Positions 47,266 through 57,608 of a stretch of 64,000 nt of DNA are shown here, one piece after another. The notes under the pieces were generated by a model. It saw only the letters and a list, made by a program, of their open reading frames with translations, ran no database searches and had not been told where the DNA came from. This stretch comes from Naegleria gruberi (lineage: Eukaryota). Numbering within the stretch: the first letter of the stretch is position 1; the number at the start of each line of letters is the position of its first letter. A program made the position numbers and the translations under genes. The DNA is taken from the NCBI GenBank assembly GCA_000004985.1, contig GG738854.1; one strand, given 5' to 3'.

Positions 47266-49479
47266 TTATACAATTTCATCATATTTCTTATTCATCCATG
47301 GATGTTTTAATGCTTGTCGTACATCCAATCTATCTAGAGGATCAATTTGTAAACATTGTCTTATAAAATCTACAAATTCTTCATCTTGACAATTATCTAA
47401 TTTTTCTCGAATATCTTGATTATAATCTGGTATCAATAATTCCTCATAGACATTATCATTTGGTCCAATTTGACCAACTCCTGATGGTGGAATTGTTTTA
47501 CCTGTATCTTTATCTACATATCTAAATAATACATATTCAGTTCTTCCATTAATTTTAACCTTTTTGAAAAAGTCTTTAACAAATCTTCCTCTTTGTAATT
47601 GATGTAATTTGAATGGTCCACATAAAGATAATATCTTGGCTAACATTGTCTGTATCGAATGATTGTAAAACAATACTTTGCCTGTAAACAATTCAGCTAA
47701 AATACAACCAATAGACCAAATATCAATCTTTTCATCATAATCACTTCCAATGACAACTTCAGGTGCTCTATATGTTCTTGATTGAGCATATAATGGTAAA
47801 TTATCCCATTTGAAACATGATGAACCAAAATCAATAATCTTAACTTGACATCTACTATAGGATTTGATTAATATATTTTCAGGTTTCAAATCACAATGAA
47901 TCAAATTAAGTGAATGAACAAATTGTAATGCAGTTAATACTATTTGATGATAATATCATGATTGAATTATTAGATGTTAGATGATGACCAATGAAAAACA
48001 ACTTACATTGTTGAGTAACTTTTTGAAGTCTTGGAAGATTAAAATACAATTCATCACCACTATCTCTATTGTAAACATAAAATTCATACAAGTTATCTCT
48101 TAACAATTCACAAACAATGAACAGATGTTCCTTATAATAGAAAAAGTCATGTAACTTGATAACATGGAAAGCATCTGGATCACCCATACTATTAATAAAT
48201 CTTAGTAATTTGATTTCATCTAAACTTTGATCAAAGAAATCCTTATCATTCTTAATAATCTTAATGCAAACGTTTTGATTGGTTCTTAAATCCAAACATT
48301 GAATTGCTCTGCTAAAAGTTGCACTTCCTAGATATTCAACAACTTGATATCTTTCAGCAATAATTGAATCAACTTCAATTTTGAATTCATTTGTTTCTTC
48401 GAATCCAGTTTTAAATGTTTCTCTTATAATTGGAAGATAAATAGTTTCATATTCAACTGGTGGTCTCCATTTTGTTCTTCTATCTACAACTTCTGGTGCT
48501 TCTTCTTCAATATAAGATGGAACACAATTTTGTAAAACATCTGTTTGAGAAAAATCAGTTAATCTTGAATATCCTTCATCATCACTATCACTTGCATAAT
48601 CATCATCCTTGGCATCTTTATCTGGTTTTTCCTTCTTTGTTTCTGCTGATTTTGGTTTTTCTTTAGATTCCTTAGGGTATTTATGAGCTTCAACTTGTTG
48701 TTCAAGTTCTCTCAAATCATTTTCAACATTCTTTTCAAATGTTTCATATAAATCCTCCGAAGTGAAAGGATTTGATAGTTCTACTGGTTCATCACCACTT
48801 TCATACATGTGAGCAAATTCTTGTAATTCTTTCATCAATGAGGCACTATCTGGTCTTTCATATTCATCTTCCTCAAAAGATTGTTTTGAAGTTCTAGACT
48901 GTCCTGTAAGAACTCTCTTTGCACTATTTGTTGGAGTAATTCTATGATTGTAGTGTTTTGTATCTGGTACATGATGTTGATGGTTGTAGAAATCGGAAAC
49001 TACACTTTGTACAATATCATTAACAATTTCGCATATATCATTGTATTCAGATTCAGAAACAATATTATTTACGAGGGAATATGATTTTAAAGAGTGTTGA
49101 GGAGAAGTTTGAATAACCTCTGTTGGTTCTGCTGATGTTTCCATTGTTTTAACTGTTCAATAAAATTCCGTTAATGTATTTTCAATAACTATTAGGATCA
49201 TCAACAACACTTACTACTTGATTTTAATTCTTCCATCAATTTTTCAGCTGTTTGATTTAATTTGTTCTCCCTAAGGAAGTTCAAAAAGATACCTAACATT
49301 TCTTGTTCATCATTCAACTTCTTTTCATCTAAATCATATTGTTTTAGGAATGAACTATTTGAATCTTGTGTTGTATTTAAAATATCGTCCTCTTCATAGT
49401 CTTCATATTCAGAGTCTGAATCATCTGCATTATAAGGCTCTAATTGTTGTACCTCATTAAGTGCGCTGTTGGAATACAT
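47266..49479 (-). CDS. DYRK-family-like CMGC protein kinase with acidic LisH-like N-terminal exon. Three exons: 49479-49215, 49152-48007, 47939-47266.
   Basis: Kinase motifs: VAIK-like CIKIIK, HCDLKPENILI, IIDFGSSCF, activation loop LYAQSRTYRAPEVVIG (the DYRK/HIPK Y-x-QSR-x-YRAPE pattern), C-terminal ...DFIRQCLQIDPLDRLDVRQALKHPWM. Intron 2 is 47940-48006 (67 nt), with GTAAGT on the - strand. This removes the junk tail (CKLFFIGHH...) and joins ...RLQKVTQQ to LLTALQFVHSLNLIHCDLKPEN. Intron 1 is 49153-49214 (62 nt), GTAAGT...ttattgaacag, and joins the 'separate' 92-aa ORF (49201-49479) in frame to the kinase ATG at 49144. That exon 1 carries a LisH-like motif: LGIFLNFLRENKLNQTAEKLMEEL. Confidence 0.75.
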
Positions 49480-49521
49480 TTTTTTTGATAAAATTATTTA
49501 GCAATATTTTTGTAGACTGAG

Positions 49522-49555
49522 AATGGCGCCAAATTATTTACATTGGCGCCAAAAT
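49522..49555. promoter_or_regulatory. Two palindromic E2F-type sites (TTTGGCGCCAA[A]) 45-75 bp upstream of the kinase gene's first ATG
   Basis: gaaTGGCGCCAAAtt at 49522-49535 and caTTGGCGCCAAAAtg at 49542-49555. Both contain the E2F consensus TTTSGCGC on one strand; the second is a perfect 10-bp palindrome TTGGCGCCAA. They are GC-only cores in an otherwise AT-rich spacer. Confidence 0.45.
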
Positions 49556-49867
49556 GTTATCTTTTGTTTTATAGTCTTACTCAATAAAATAAATTGGACT
49601 CTAAAAATACAAATTATGAGCTAATTGAACAAATCAGTCTTTCTTTGTTAGCCTTACTCAAACTACATATTGCCTCGACCGTAGTAATATCTCTTGGAAT
49701 TTTATAAAAAGAAACGCATACAGTTTGTCGTTGAATTGAGTAAACAACATGGCAAAAACACCAGAATTTAAAATCCTTAGAGATCTACTATTATGTCTAA
49801 TATTTAAAGATAAAGGCCTTTTGCTTGGAGCGCGTTCTAATTTTTCGTGTAACATAACAAACAACAA

Positions 49868-49938
49868 AGGGAGATAGTTCAGTGGTAGAACATGGGATTG
49901 TGGTTCCTAAGATCAGGGTTCGATTCCCTGTCTTCCTA
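49868..49938 (+). tRNA. tRNA-His (anticodon GTG), 71 nt, no intron
   Basis: Manual cloverleaf: acceptor AGGGAGA/TCTTCCT (one G-U); U8 A9; D arm GTTC-AGTGGTA-GAAC; anticodon stem TGGGA/TCCTA; loop TTGTGGT (U33, GUG at 34-36, G37); variable loop AGAT; T arm CAGGG-TTCGATT-CCCTG; discriminator A. CCA is not encoded. T5 run follows at 49943-49947. Confidence 0.85.
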
Positions 49939-49942
49939 CTCA

Positions 49943-49947
49943 TTTTT
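49943..49947 (+). terminator. RNA polymerase III terminator T-run downstream of tRNA-His
   Basis: ctcaTTTTTatttt, 5 nt after the tRNA 3' end. Confidence 0.5.
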
Positions 49948-50022
49948 ATTTTAGATTTTTCAACAATTTTATTTCAGAAATGCAACTTCAATATTTGTTG
50001 ATCTAATAATATTACAGAAAAA

Positions 50023-52106
50023 ATGTCACAACTATTAGAAAACCTCAAAGATTTATTTCCCTCCATTGACATTGAAGTAATAGAATCAGTTATTGATCAA
50101 GTTGATAATGATGAAGAGGCTGCCATTGAATTACTAGTACAAATTAATGAAGATGATGAAGATCTTGATGAAATTAACAATGTTCCGAACAATACTTTTA
50201 ATGACAAAACTAATGATGATATCAATAATGATGATGATTTATTAGAACAAGAAACTTTTGATGATCATGAATTTTCCAATCAAGTATCATCATCGTCTAC
50301 AAAAAACAAGCCTTCCTCCTCTACTACTACTACTACTTCCACTTCTAAAAGTAGTAGTAGTAAAAAATTATATCAAATACTTGATGAAGAAGGAATATTA
50401 AATGAAATTAATAATACAATGAATCAAGTTTTAAATATATTACAAATTAATAATAATAATAGTAATTTTAAATTAGAAATGATATTAAAAAACTATAAAT
50501 GGAATGTTGAAAATATTATTAGAGATTATGGTGATATTGGATTGGATGGTATTTTAAAAAAAATTGGTTTATTAAATAATTTAAATACTACTATAAATAG
50601 TAATAATAATAATAATAATAATATTACAACAACAACAATAACAACAATATGTGAATCATGTTATGAAGATAATATAGAATTAATTAAAAATATAAATTGT
50701 GAACATTCATTATGTGAATCATGTTGGAGAAATTATATAGAATCATCAATTTTACAAAATAATGGAACAAGTATTGAAAGTATTAAATGTCCATCCTATG
50801 AATGTAATTGTCTATTATTAGATGAATTTATTTTATCATTTATAACAAGTAAATATGAACATTTTCTATTAAAAAGTAAAATTAATTCATTCATGACAAA
50901 TTCACATCGAATGAAATGGTGTTCAAATAATTGTAAATTTGCAATTAAAAAGGAATGTGATGAAAATTTATATTATTGTAAATGTAAATGTGATAGAGAA
51001 TTTTGTTTTCATTGTGATCAAGATCCACATTATCCAGGTATGTTTATTTTTATTTTATTTTAATATATTTAAACTATTTAAACTATTTAAAATATTATTG
51101 TAAACTATTTAACATTACAATAACAACAATACAATAACATTACAATAACATTACAAAAATATAACAAAACATAATAATAGCAACATGTGAAATGATGAAA
51201 AGATTTATATCATTTACAAAAGAACATGAATCTAATTTAGAATATATTAAATCAACATGTCAACAATGTCCATCATGTAAAGTTTATGTTCATCGTATTA
51301 GTGGATGTGATAGTATGGTATGTGGATATTGTGGTACTAGATTTTGTTATATTTGTGGACAATCATCACATGGATATCAATCTATTTGTGTTGGACAATC
51401 TACTACTCTATTAGGAAGTAAAAAAGTTAGTGAATTTGATTTATATGTAGAAGAAGCACATGCTAGATTTAATTATAAATATAAATTATATACTAATTGG
51501 TTACAATCTCCAAATACACATTCTAATTTAATTTTTTATAATTTGGAAAATTCAGCACTTTTTGAATTTGGATATTTAAAAAATGATTTTAAAATATTTT
51601 ATTCTGCATTAAATTTAATAATTAGAACTAGAAGATTATTAAGATCATTATGTGTATTTGCATTTGTTTCATTTGGATTTGATAAATTATTAATGGAAAG
51701 TTTATTAAAAAATATTAAAAATACAAAAAAAAATAAGAAAAATAATAATACAAATATGGAACAAGATTTAACTTTATTAAAAACATTTGGATATTTATTT
51801 GATATGAATTATGAAAGATTGGAAAAATTTGTTGATCAATTACTTTCCATTTTAAGAAATTTTACACAAACACCTCAAGAAGAATTAGAAGAACAAGAAG
51901 AATTAGAAAAATTAAATTCTACTAATAATGGAAATATTAAAAATTATAGTAACATGTTTGAATTTGGAAATTCTTTATTTACACAAGAAAAACATTTAAA
52001 ATTTCATAATTTAAATTCACAAATTAAAAATCAAATGGAATTAATTGTAAAACAAACTGAAAATATTATTGATATGATTAAATCAATGGAAATGAAAACT
52101 ATTTAA
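50023..52106 (+). CDS. RBR (RING-IBR-RING) E3 ubiquitin ligase, Ariadne-like, with N-terminal CUE-like motif. Two exons: 50023-51037 and 51181-52106.
   Basis: Exon 1: N-terminal LKDLFPSIDIEVIESVIDQV...AAIELLV (CUE-like F-P / LL pattern); an Ariadne UBA-like region (ILKNYKWNVENIIRDYGD); RING1 (CESCYED...CEHSLCESCW...C); IBR (WCSNNCKFAIK...CKCKCDREFCFHCDQDPHYP). GTATGT donor at 51038 (phase 1), acceptor ...ataatag at 51180. Exon 2 follows with ATCEMMKRF... then the RING2/Rcat domain (CPSCKVYVHRISGCDSMVCGYCGTRFCYICGQ) and an Ariadne-domain-like helical C-terminus. TAA at 52104-52106. Confidence 0.85.
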
Positions 52107-52155
52107 ATAAAATTTATTTTTTATATTTAATATTTATTACCATTTTTGGAAATAT

Positions 52156-53361
52156 TTAAATATTCTTTTTATTTTCTAAAATATCATTATTAATATCAAT
52201 GGTATTATTATTATTTATATTTTGATTATTTTGATTAATATTTTGATTTGTTTGTCTAATATCATCAAAATCAAGTTTTTTAAATAATTTTCTAAAAATA
52301 ATTTTACAAATTAAATAAAACCAAAATAAATGTAAAATTAATAAAATAATTAATAAAATATTTAAAATCCAATATGGACTTATACATACTCCATTTATAC
52401 ATATACCATAATTAGATAAATCTATAAATGAATTAATATTTGAAACATTTCTAATTAAATAATATCTAGTTAAATGATCCCATCCATATTTATTAAAAAT
52501 AGATTTAAAAATTAAATATGGAAAATAAATTAATCTTTTAAATAAATAACTAATTGCAAATAAAATAAATAATAAATTTGTAATTTTTTCATTTAAATTT
52601 AATAATTTAAATACTTTTGCAGAATAAAAGAAAATATCAACTAAATCATGTAATAATAAAATTAAAGTTCCAATTCTATGATAAAATGTTAAAATACAAC
52701 CAATAATTAAAAATATTGTAACAATGTGATGAATTACAAATTGATGAAAATCTTTCATTTTCTCATCTATAAATAGTAATGTAAATAATGCTTGAATATA
52801 GAAACCACATCCTATTAATAGATATTCTCTCATATATGGATATTCAAATCCTGTATGTTCATTTGGATATCCAATATTACAATAATCAGAATTAAATAAC
52901 CATGGTGTTTCCTTTAATATTAAAATTCCAAATATAGATGATAATATATAAAAAATACAAAACCAAATATTTTCTAATATACTACTATATTTAGTACTTT
53001 TAGAATATTTTTTAATTAATTTTAAAAATATTGGTTCAATTACAAATCTTCTCATACAAAATAATAAAATTGCAATTATTAATACATTTATAGTATCTTG
53101 CATGAACCAATTATTTTTCCTATTTTCAATTGGTTCATCACTTCCAAATATCATTGGAAATAAATGTGGTGGACCCATTGTTGTTCTTGTTGAATTTGGA
53201 AATATTCTATATTGAGAATAAATATGTGTATTATTAGTACCCATTAATCCAAACCATTTATCTATAACATGATAAAATGTGTTTGAAGTAGTACATGTTG
53301 TAGTAGTTGAAGTAGTAGTAGAAATGTTATCATTGTTTTTGTTTTTTTTAAAGATGTTCAT
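52156..53361 (-). CDS. Ceramide synthase (TLC / Lag1p-longevity-assurance family), multi-pass membrane protein
   Basis: Lag1p motif with the catalytic His pair and downstream HD..D..aK: HQFVIHHIVTIFLIIGCILTFYHRIGTLILLLHDLVDIFFYSAKVF. Many hydrophobic segments. N-terminal N-x-T sequon (FPNST). Asn/Gln-rich tails. Single continuous ORF, ATG at 53359-53361. Confidence 0.85.
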   Translation of the reverse strand: MNIFKKNKNNDNISTTTSTTTTCTTSNTFYHVIDKWFGLMGTNNTHIYSQYRIFPNSTRTTMGPPHLFPMIFGSDEPIENRKNNWFMQDTINVLIIAILLFCMRRFVIEPIFLKLIKKYSKSTKYSSILENIWFCIFYILSSIFGILILKETPWLFNSDYCNIGYPNEHTGFEYPYMREYLLIGCGFYIQALFTLLFIDEKMKDFHQFVIHHIVTIFLIIGCILTFYHRIGTLILLLHDLVDIFFYSAKVFKLLNLNEKITNLLFILFAISYLFKRLIYFPYLIFKSIFNKYGWDHLTRYYLIRNVSNINSFIDLSNYGICINGVCISPYWILNILLIILLILHLFWFYLICKIIFRKLFKKLDFDDIRQTNQNINQNNQNINNNNTIDINNDILENKKNI

Positions 53362-53664
53362 TGTTGGTAGTTGAACTGTGTGCTAATGGTTGCGTGTGAA
53401 AATAATAGTGCAGCGTTGAAAAAGTTTACAATAAAATTGACCGTTGAAATTGGATTGGTGCATTGGATGTCCTGAGGACTTGAACCAAATCAACAGATTC
53501 CAAGTACTGAACATGTGTGTTTTAAATTGCAACATGCATGCAACAACATCATCCAACAACACAATCAATGTGGACCCAGTAAACAACTCCCTCTTGACAA
53601 AATGAGCGGGAACTTTTATTGTTTATTTCATGTAATATTTTAACAAACAATCAATCTTGATTTG

Positions 53665-54393
53665 TCATTGACTCATAATTGAGTCCTGTAATCCATCTAA
53701 TGTTAATTTCCATTCATTTCGTACACCTTCTGTTTCAGTGGGTCCCAACAAGTCAAGCATTGTCTGATAGCATTTGGCAAGGCAAGAGTTGTGGAAAATA
53801 CTAAGAGATTGGTCTCCACCTACTCTATATTTGGCATAGCTAAAAAGTGATATTGTAGTTTCCAAAGCTCCTTTTACCAATTCTAAATTCTTTTCGAAAG
53901 AAGACACAACAAATAGACAACATTCCACAAACTCTGACATTGGAAACTGAATTTGGGTTAGATTTGTTTCATCAAAACAAATTGTCAACTTGAAATTAGC
54001 GTTAAATTCCTTTACAAGTGTGAATGTCTTTTCAAACATATTAAATGCTTGAAACATTAGATTGTTAAAATGATCTTCGCTGCACAAGTCAGTTGGTGTT
54101 GGGTAAAGAGCATGAGTATCAGAAATTAAAGTGTAGAGAAGACATGCTGTATGAATGAGCTCTCGATAGTTGGTAGTGGTGGTTGGTGTGTTTTGTTCGA
54201 ATTGTTGTTGGAAATACAGATTGCAACGGAGTGAAGCTAAATGAAACAAGTGTATAATTTTTTCTTTGTGTTTATTCCTTTCTTGTATCAAGGACAATAC
54301 ACAATAAACATCAAGGCTTGGCGGTGAATTGGACAATAATTCTTCATCATCATCAGCTTCAAAGTAAAGCAGCTTAGTTCCATTGTGAGACAT
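53665..54393 (-). CDS. Hypothetical protein (242 aa), no family recognised
   Basis: Continuous ORF from ATG (54391-54393) with coding-like composition. N-terminal acidic stretch, Thr run. No motif I can name. Confidence 0.5.
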   Translation of the reverse strand: MSHNGTKLLYFEADDDEELLSNSPPSLDVYCVLSLIQERNKHKEKIIHLFHLASLRCNLYFQQQFEQNTPTTTTNYRELIHTACLLYTLISDTHALYPTPTDLCSEDHFNNLMFQAFNMFEKTFTLVKEFNANFKLTICFDETNLTQIQFPMSEFVECCLFVVSSFEKNLELVKGALETTISLFSYAKYRVGGDQSLSIFHNSCLAKCYQTMLDLLGPTETEGVRNEWKLTLDGLQDSIMSQ

Positions 54394-55528
54394 TTTTTTA
54401 AGAAAAGTTTTTTAACTTGCTCTAAATCGAATGGTTTGCAACCCCTTAAACTATTGAGGTTGAATTGTCCCTTATTGTTTTTTTAATAAGAAAACAATAG
54501 AGAGGAATCTGTATAATCCGAAATTGAACTATTCTCGAAAATTATCAGCAGTTGAGATTTAAAAAGCATCCATTAATCTTTCTTTTTGACATCAGATATA
54601 ATTAAACCCTTAATAGACGAACATTTCATAAAGATTAAAATCATAAAGTATATCACTCATAAATTGAAGTAAGTATTCGCTTTCTATTCCAATACTTTGA
54701 CAGTATTTCCCTCCAAATGTTGCTCATGAACACACTCAAATTTAACTGAAATTACTGAATAATTGGAAGAATCAATAAACAGTCTATATCTCTTACGTTG
54801 TTGATTCAGACCAGATAAGACGAGGATCCATTCTCAAATTAGGATGTTTATAATATTAGTTCCTTCCTTTCTTAGTGTCCAAGAACTCTATTTCAAATCA
54901 TAATGATTGAATTGGAAAAGTACTCTTTAAGAACTATCAGTTTTTAGTAGTGAACTTTTGAGTGTGATATATTTGGGCTACTGGAAAGTGATTCAACTGT
55001 GAAGTGCTTTTCAATTAATGGTATAAAAGAATGTGAAGAGTGATTTGTTACAATAAAAAGATCTTTGTAAAATAAAGAGATGATCATCAATAAAACTAGT
55101 GAGAGAACTTGAGCATTATTGACAAGGGTTGAAAGACATTCAATAAGAGCTACAGTTTACTTTAAGACTTTACTTACAAATTTAACAAATAAATAGGTTA
55201 CTATATTTGTACTTTAGGAATTCGCAATTTTCGATATCCATCTTATATACTTCCCATATTCATGTAATTTGAACTCAGGCAAGGACCCCGTATAAGAGCA
55301 CTAAATAGTATCCTTAAACGTTGAAATAATCCATCACTACTAGTCAACTTGACTTGTTTTTTAAATGCTTCGTACTTGGGCTTTTTAAAATCTCCTTAAA
55401 AAAAAGAAACAACATTTGGCTACTTACAAGCCTTTCAAAATTTCATTAGACATCAAACTACTTCTACGGAGGAGGAAAGAATTAATTGAAAATAGGATTC
55501 ATTGTAGTTTTAATTAAATTTAAATTGA

Positions 55529-56440
55529 ATGACTTTACCAAATCATCATCTTCAGCATCAGAAGGTTTATCCAATTGAAATTACAAATGAAACAACACCA
55601 TCAGCATCAGATTCTACTACTACTAGTAATGAAATATCATCAAAAGCAATTGATAAAGTCAATAGAAAGGCTTTCGTAATTGATGATTTTGATAAGAGTA
55701 TGGAATTGAAAAATGTAGATGAAAGTTTGGATGATTTTAGTTGGGTTCCAAAATCACCTTTAACCTCAAATTCTACTTATCGACCAAAATCAGCAAGGAA
55801 TAGATATGATCAGGCCTTTAGAATTGAGAATGATCTTCAAGTCTCTCCGAATAGTAATCAACAAGCCTCATACTACAAACAAGCTGCCTTCAATCATATT
55901 CTTAATAATTCAACCAATGTAAATAATAATAATGAAACAACTCAAAAGAATGATGAAAAGAGTGTTGCTAAAACTAAACCAAAATCTGCACCTCCTCATA
56001 TTAAGAGAAATACATCTGATAATAATTCTGAAAGGAAGAATCCATTTGCTATCATTAAGGGATTGTTGAATATGTGTAAAACCAAGAACCATGTCGTTGA
56101 ACATGATGAAACAAAAGAAAATATCAAACCATCATCAGCTAAAAGTAAACATTCAGAAACATGTCAGAATATTACAATTGAAAAAACTCAAGTGGTTGTC
56201 TTTGATAATAGAGCAAATAGAGAAGAACTTCCACCATCACCTCAAATGAATAGAAGAGCTAAATGTGGAGGATATGGAGATGATGATTCAAATAGAGATC
56301 AACCAATTATTGTTCCTCTATATTATCATGTAATGAATGCAGGTAATAATCCTCAAAGTAGTGAAGCTCCTAAATCCAATAATCCAAACACTAATGTTCT
56401 TGACTTGTCTGATTCTGTTTCAGATATTCAAGAATTTTAA
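55529..56440 (+). CDS. Hypothetical low-complexity, probably disordered Ser/Thr/Asn/Lys-rich protein (303 aa)
   Basis: ATG at 55529, TAA at 56438-56440. Composition is typical of dictyostelid low-complexity proteins. No recognisable domain. Confidence 0.5.
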   Translation: MTLPNHHLQHQKVYPIEITNETTPSASDSTTTSNEISSKAIDKVNRKAFVIDDFDKSMELKNVDESLDDFSWVPKSPLTSNSTYRPKSARNRYDQAFRIENDLQVSPNSNQQASYYKQAAFNHILNNSTNVNNNNETTQKNDEKSVAKTKPKSAPPHIKRNTSDNNSERKNPFAIIKGLLNMCKTKNHVVEHDETKENIKPSSAKSKHSETCQNITIEKTQVVVFDNRANREELPPSPQMNRRAKCGGYGDDDSNRDQPIIVPLYYHVMNAGNNPQSSEAPKSNNPNTNVLDLSDSVSDIQEF

Positions 56441-56518
56441 ATTGTAAAAACTCTAAGAAATAATTATCAAATATAATGTCCATATTAAATGTATGGTCAA
56501 TAAACCTAGGCATCCTTT

Positions 56519-57442
56519 TTATTGAGTATTAGAATCAGTTGGGATTGTTGCCTTTAAAATTCCACAATCAATCATTAATTTTATCAATTGAGTTGTATAA
56601 TGTGATAATGTATAAGTATTATGTGGAAGTGAATAATCAGCATAATCAATAGAAATATTATATAGATCACTAATTTTAATTTTAGCTGTATTTTGTTGAT
56701 AGGCAGATGATGGTGTTGGTGTATTTGAATCAAAATCCACAAATAAAGTCATAAAATCCTTCATTAACTCTTCAAATAAATAACAATAAGAACAAGGTGA
56801 ATATTCAACATCAATTAAAATTCCTCTCTTTTTAGTTCCATATGAATAAATTCCAACTCTAACAGTAAAATCTCCAAATTTTAAAATTTCACCTTCAATA
56901 GTTACTTTAACAAATTCTGTATAACGTTTTAACTTTTCACAAATCATATCTTTAAAATTTGTACTTGTCACTAATATTTGTTTATCCAATAAAAAGAAAA
57001 TCTTATCAATAGATTTAAGTTCTAATGAAGGAGGAACAAGATTAAAAACTTCTTTTGGTTGATTAAAATCAAAAGATTCTTGTAGTAAAGCTCCTCTAAA
57101 TTTTAAAGTATTCCAAGTTTGATTTAAATTTTGAATATGTTCCTTCTCCACTTCATCTTGTGTATATTGTACACTATGTAATTTTGTATGAGAAGTAAAA
57201 ATTGGAGGTTCTTGTGAATCTGCAGGTGCTGTATTATTAGGATTATATTCTTTAATTTCTATATAAAATTTAGGAGCATTAGGATCTAAAGTTGTTTGTG
57301 ATATTGTTGATAGTGAAGAAATTTTCTCAGCATTATAAAGCCTAATAAGAGAAAGTACTATTTTTCGGTATTCGTTCTGTACTAACTTTTCATCATTGCT
57401 ATATTCTTTAAGTTCCTTGATAAATAATTTATGATAACCCAT
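56519..57442 (-). CDS. med20: Mediator complex subunit 20 (MED20/TRFP)-like
   Basis: C-terminal block ILKFGDFTVRVGIYSYGTKKRGILIDVEYSPCSY closely parallels human MED20 [34 protein letters not shown], as I recall it. It is longer than the human protein because of Asn/Thr-rich insertions. ATG at 57440-57442. Confidence 0.6.
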   Translation of the reverse strand: MGYHKLFIKELKEYSNDEKLVQNEYRKIVLSLIRLYNAEKISSLSTISQTTLDPNAPKFYIEIKEYNPNNTAPADSQEPPIFTSHTKLHSVQYTQDEVEKEHIQNLNQTWNTLKFRGALLQESFDFNQPKEVFNLVPPSLELKSIDKIFFLLDKQILVTSTNFKDMICEKLKRYTEFVKVTIEGEILKFGDFTVRVGIYSYGTKKRGILIDVEYSPCSYCYLFEELMKDFMTLFVDFDSNTPTPSSAYQQNTAKIKISDLYNISIDYADYSLPHNTYTLSHYTTQLIKLMIDCGILKATIPTDSNTQ

Positions 57443-57608
57443 TTATATTGTTTTTGATGATGATCGTTCTATTATGTACAAAAATTAATGTATGATGAAT
57501 ACGAAGGCTTTTTGATGATGACTTTGTGAAGCCTTGTTTGATACAAAGACGTGTATTCAAATTTTTTAAAAATAAATTAAATTGCATTGGAATTTTCACC
57601 AACAAAAA

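Noticed and set aside
48460-48666. 68-aa + strand ORF
   Set aside because: It is antisense inside the kinase coding exon; it is an AT-rich-codon artefact.
49658-49867. 69-aa - strand ORF abutting the tRNA
   Set aside because: No coding-like composition; it overlaps the tRNA promoter region and is probably spurious.
51038-51180. Tandem aactatttaa x3 and acaataacattaca x2 repeats
   Set aside because: They lie inside the RBR intron; they look like ordinary AT-rich intron microsatellite slippage.
53383-53586. 67-aa - strand ORF in the GC-richer spacer between the ceramide synthase gene and the upstream gene
   Set aside because: Alternative-start ORF with no recognisable motifs. It lies in the promoter/3'UTR spacer. 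I could not find box C/D, H/ACA or DUSE signatures for an ncRNA either, so it stays unassigned.
55910-56104. 64-aa - strand ORF
   Set aside because: Antisense within the 55529-56440 CDS.
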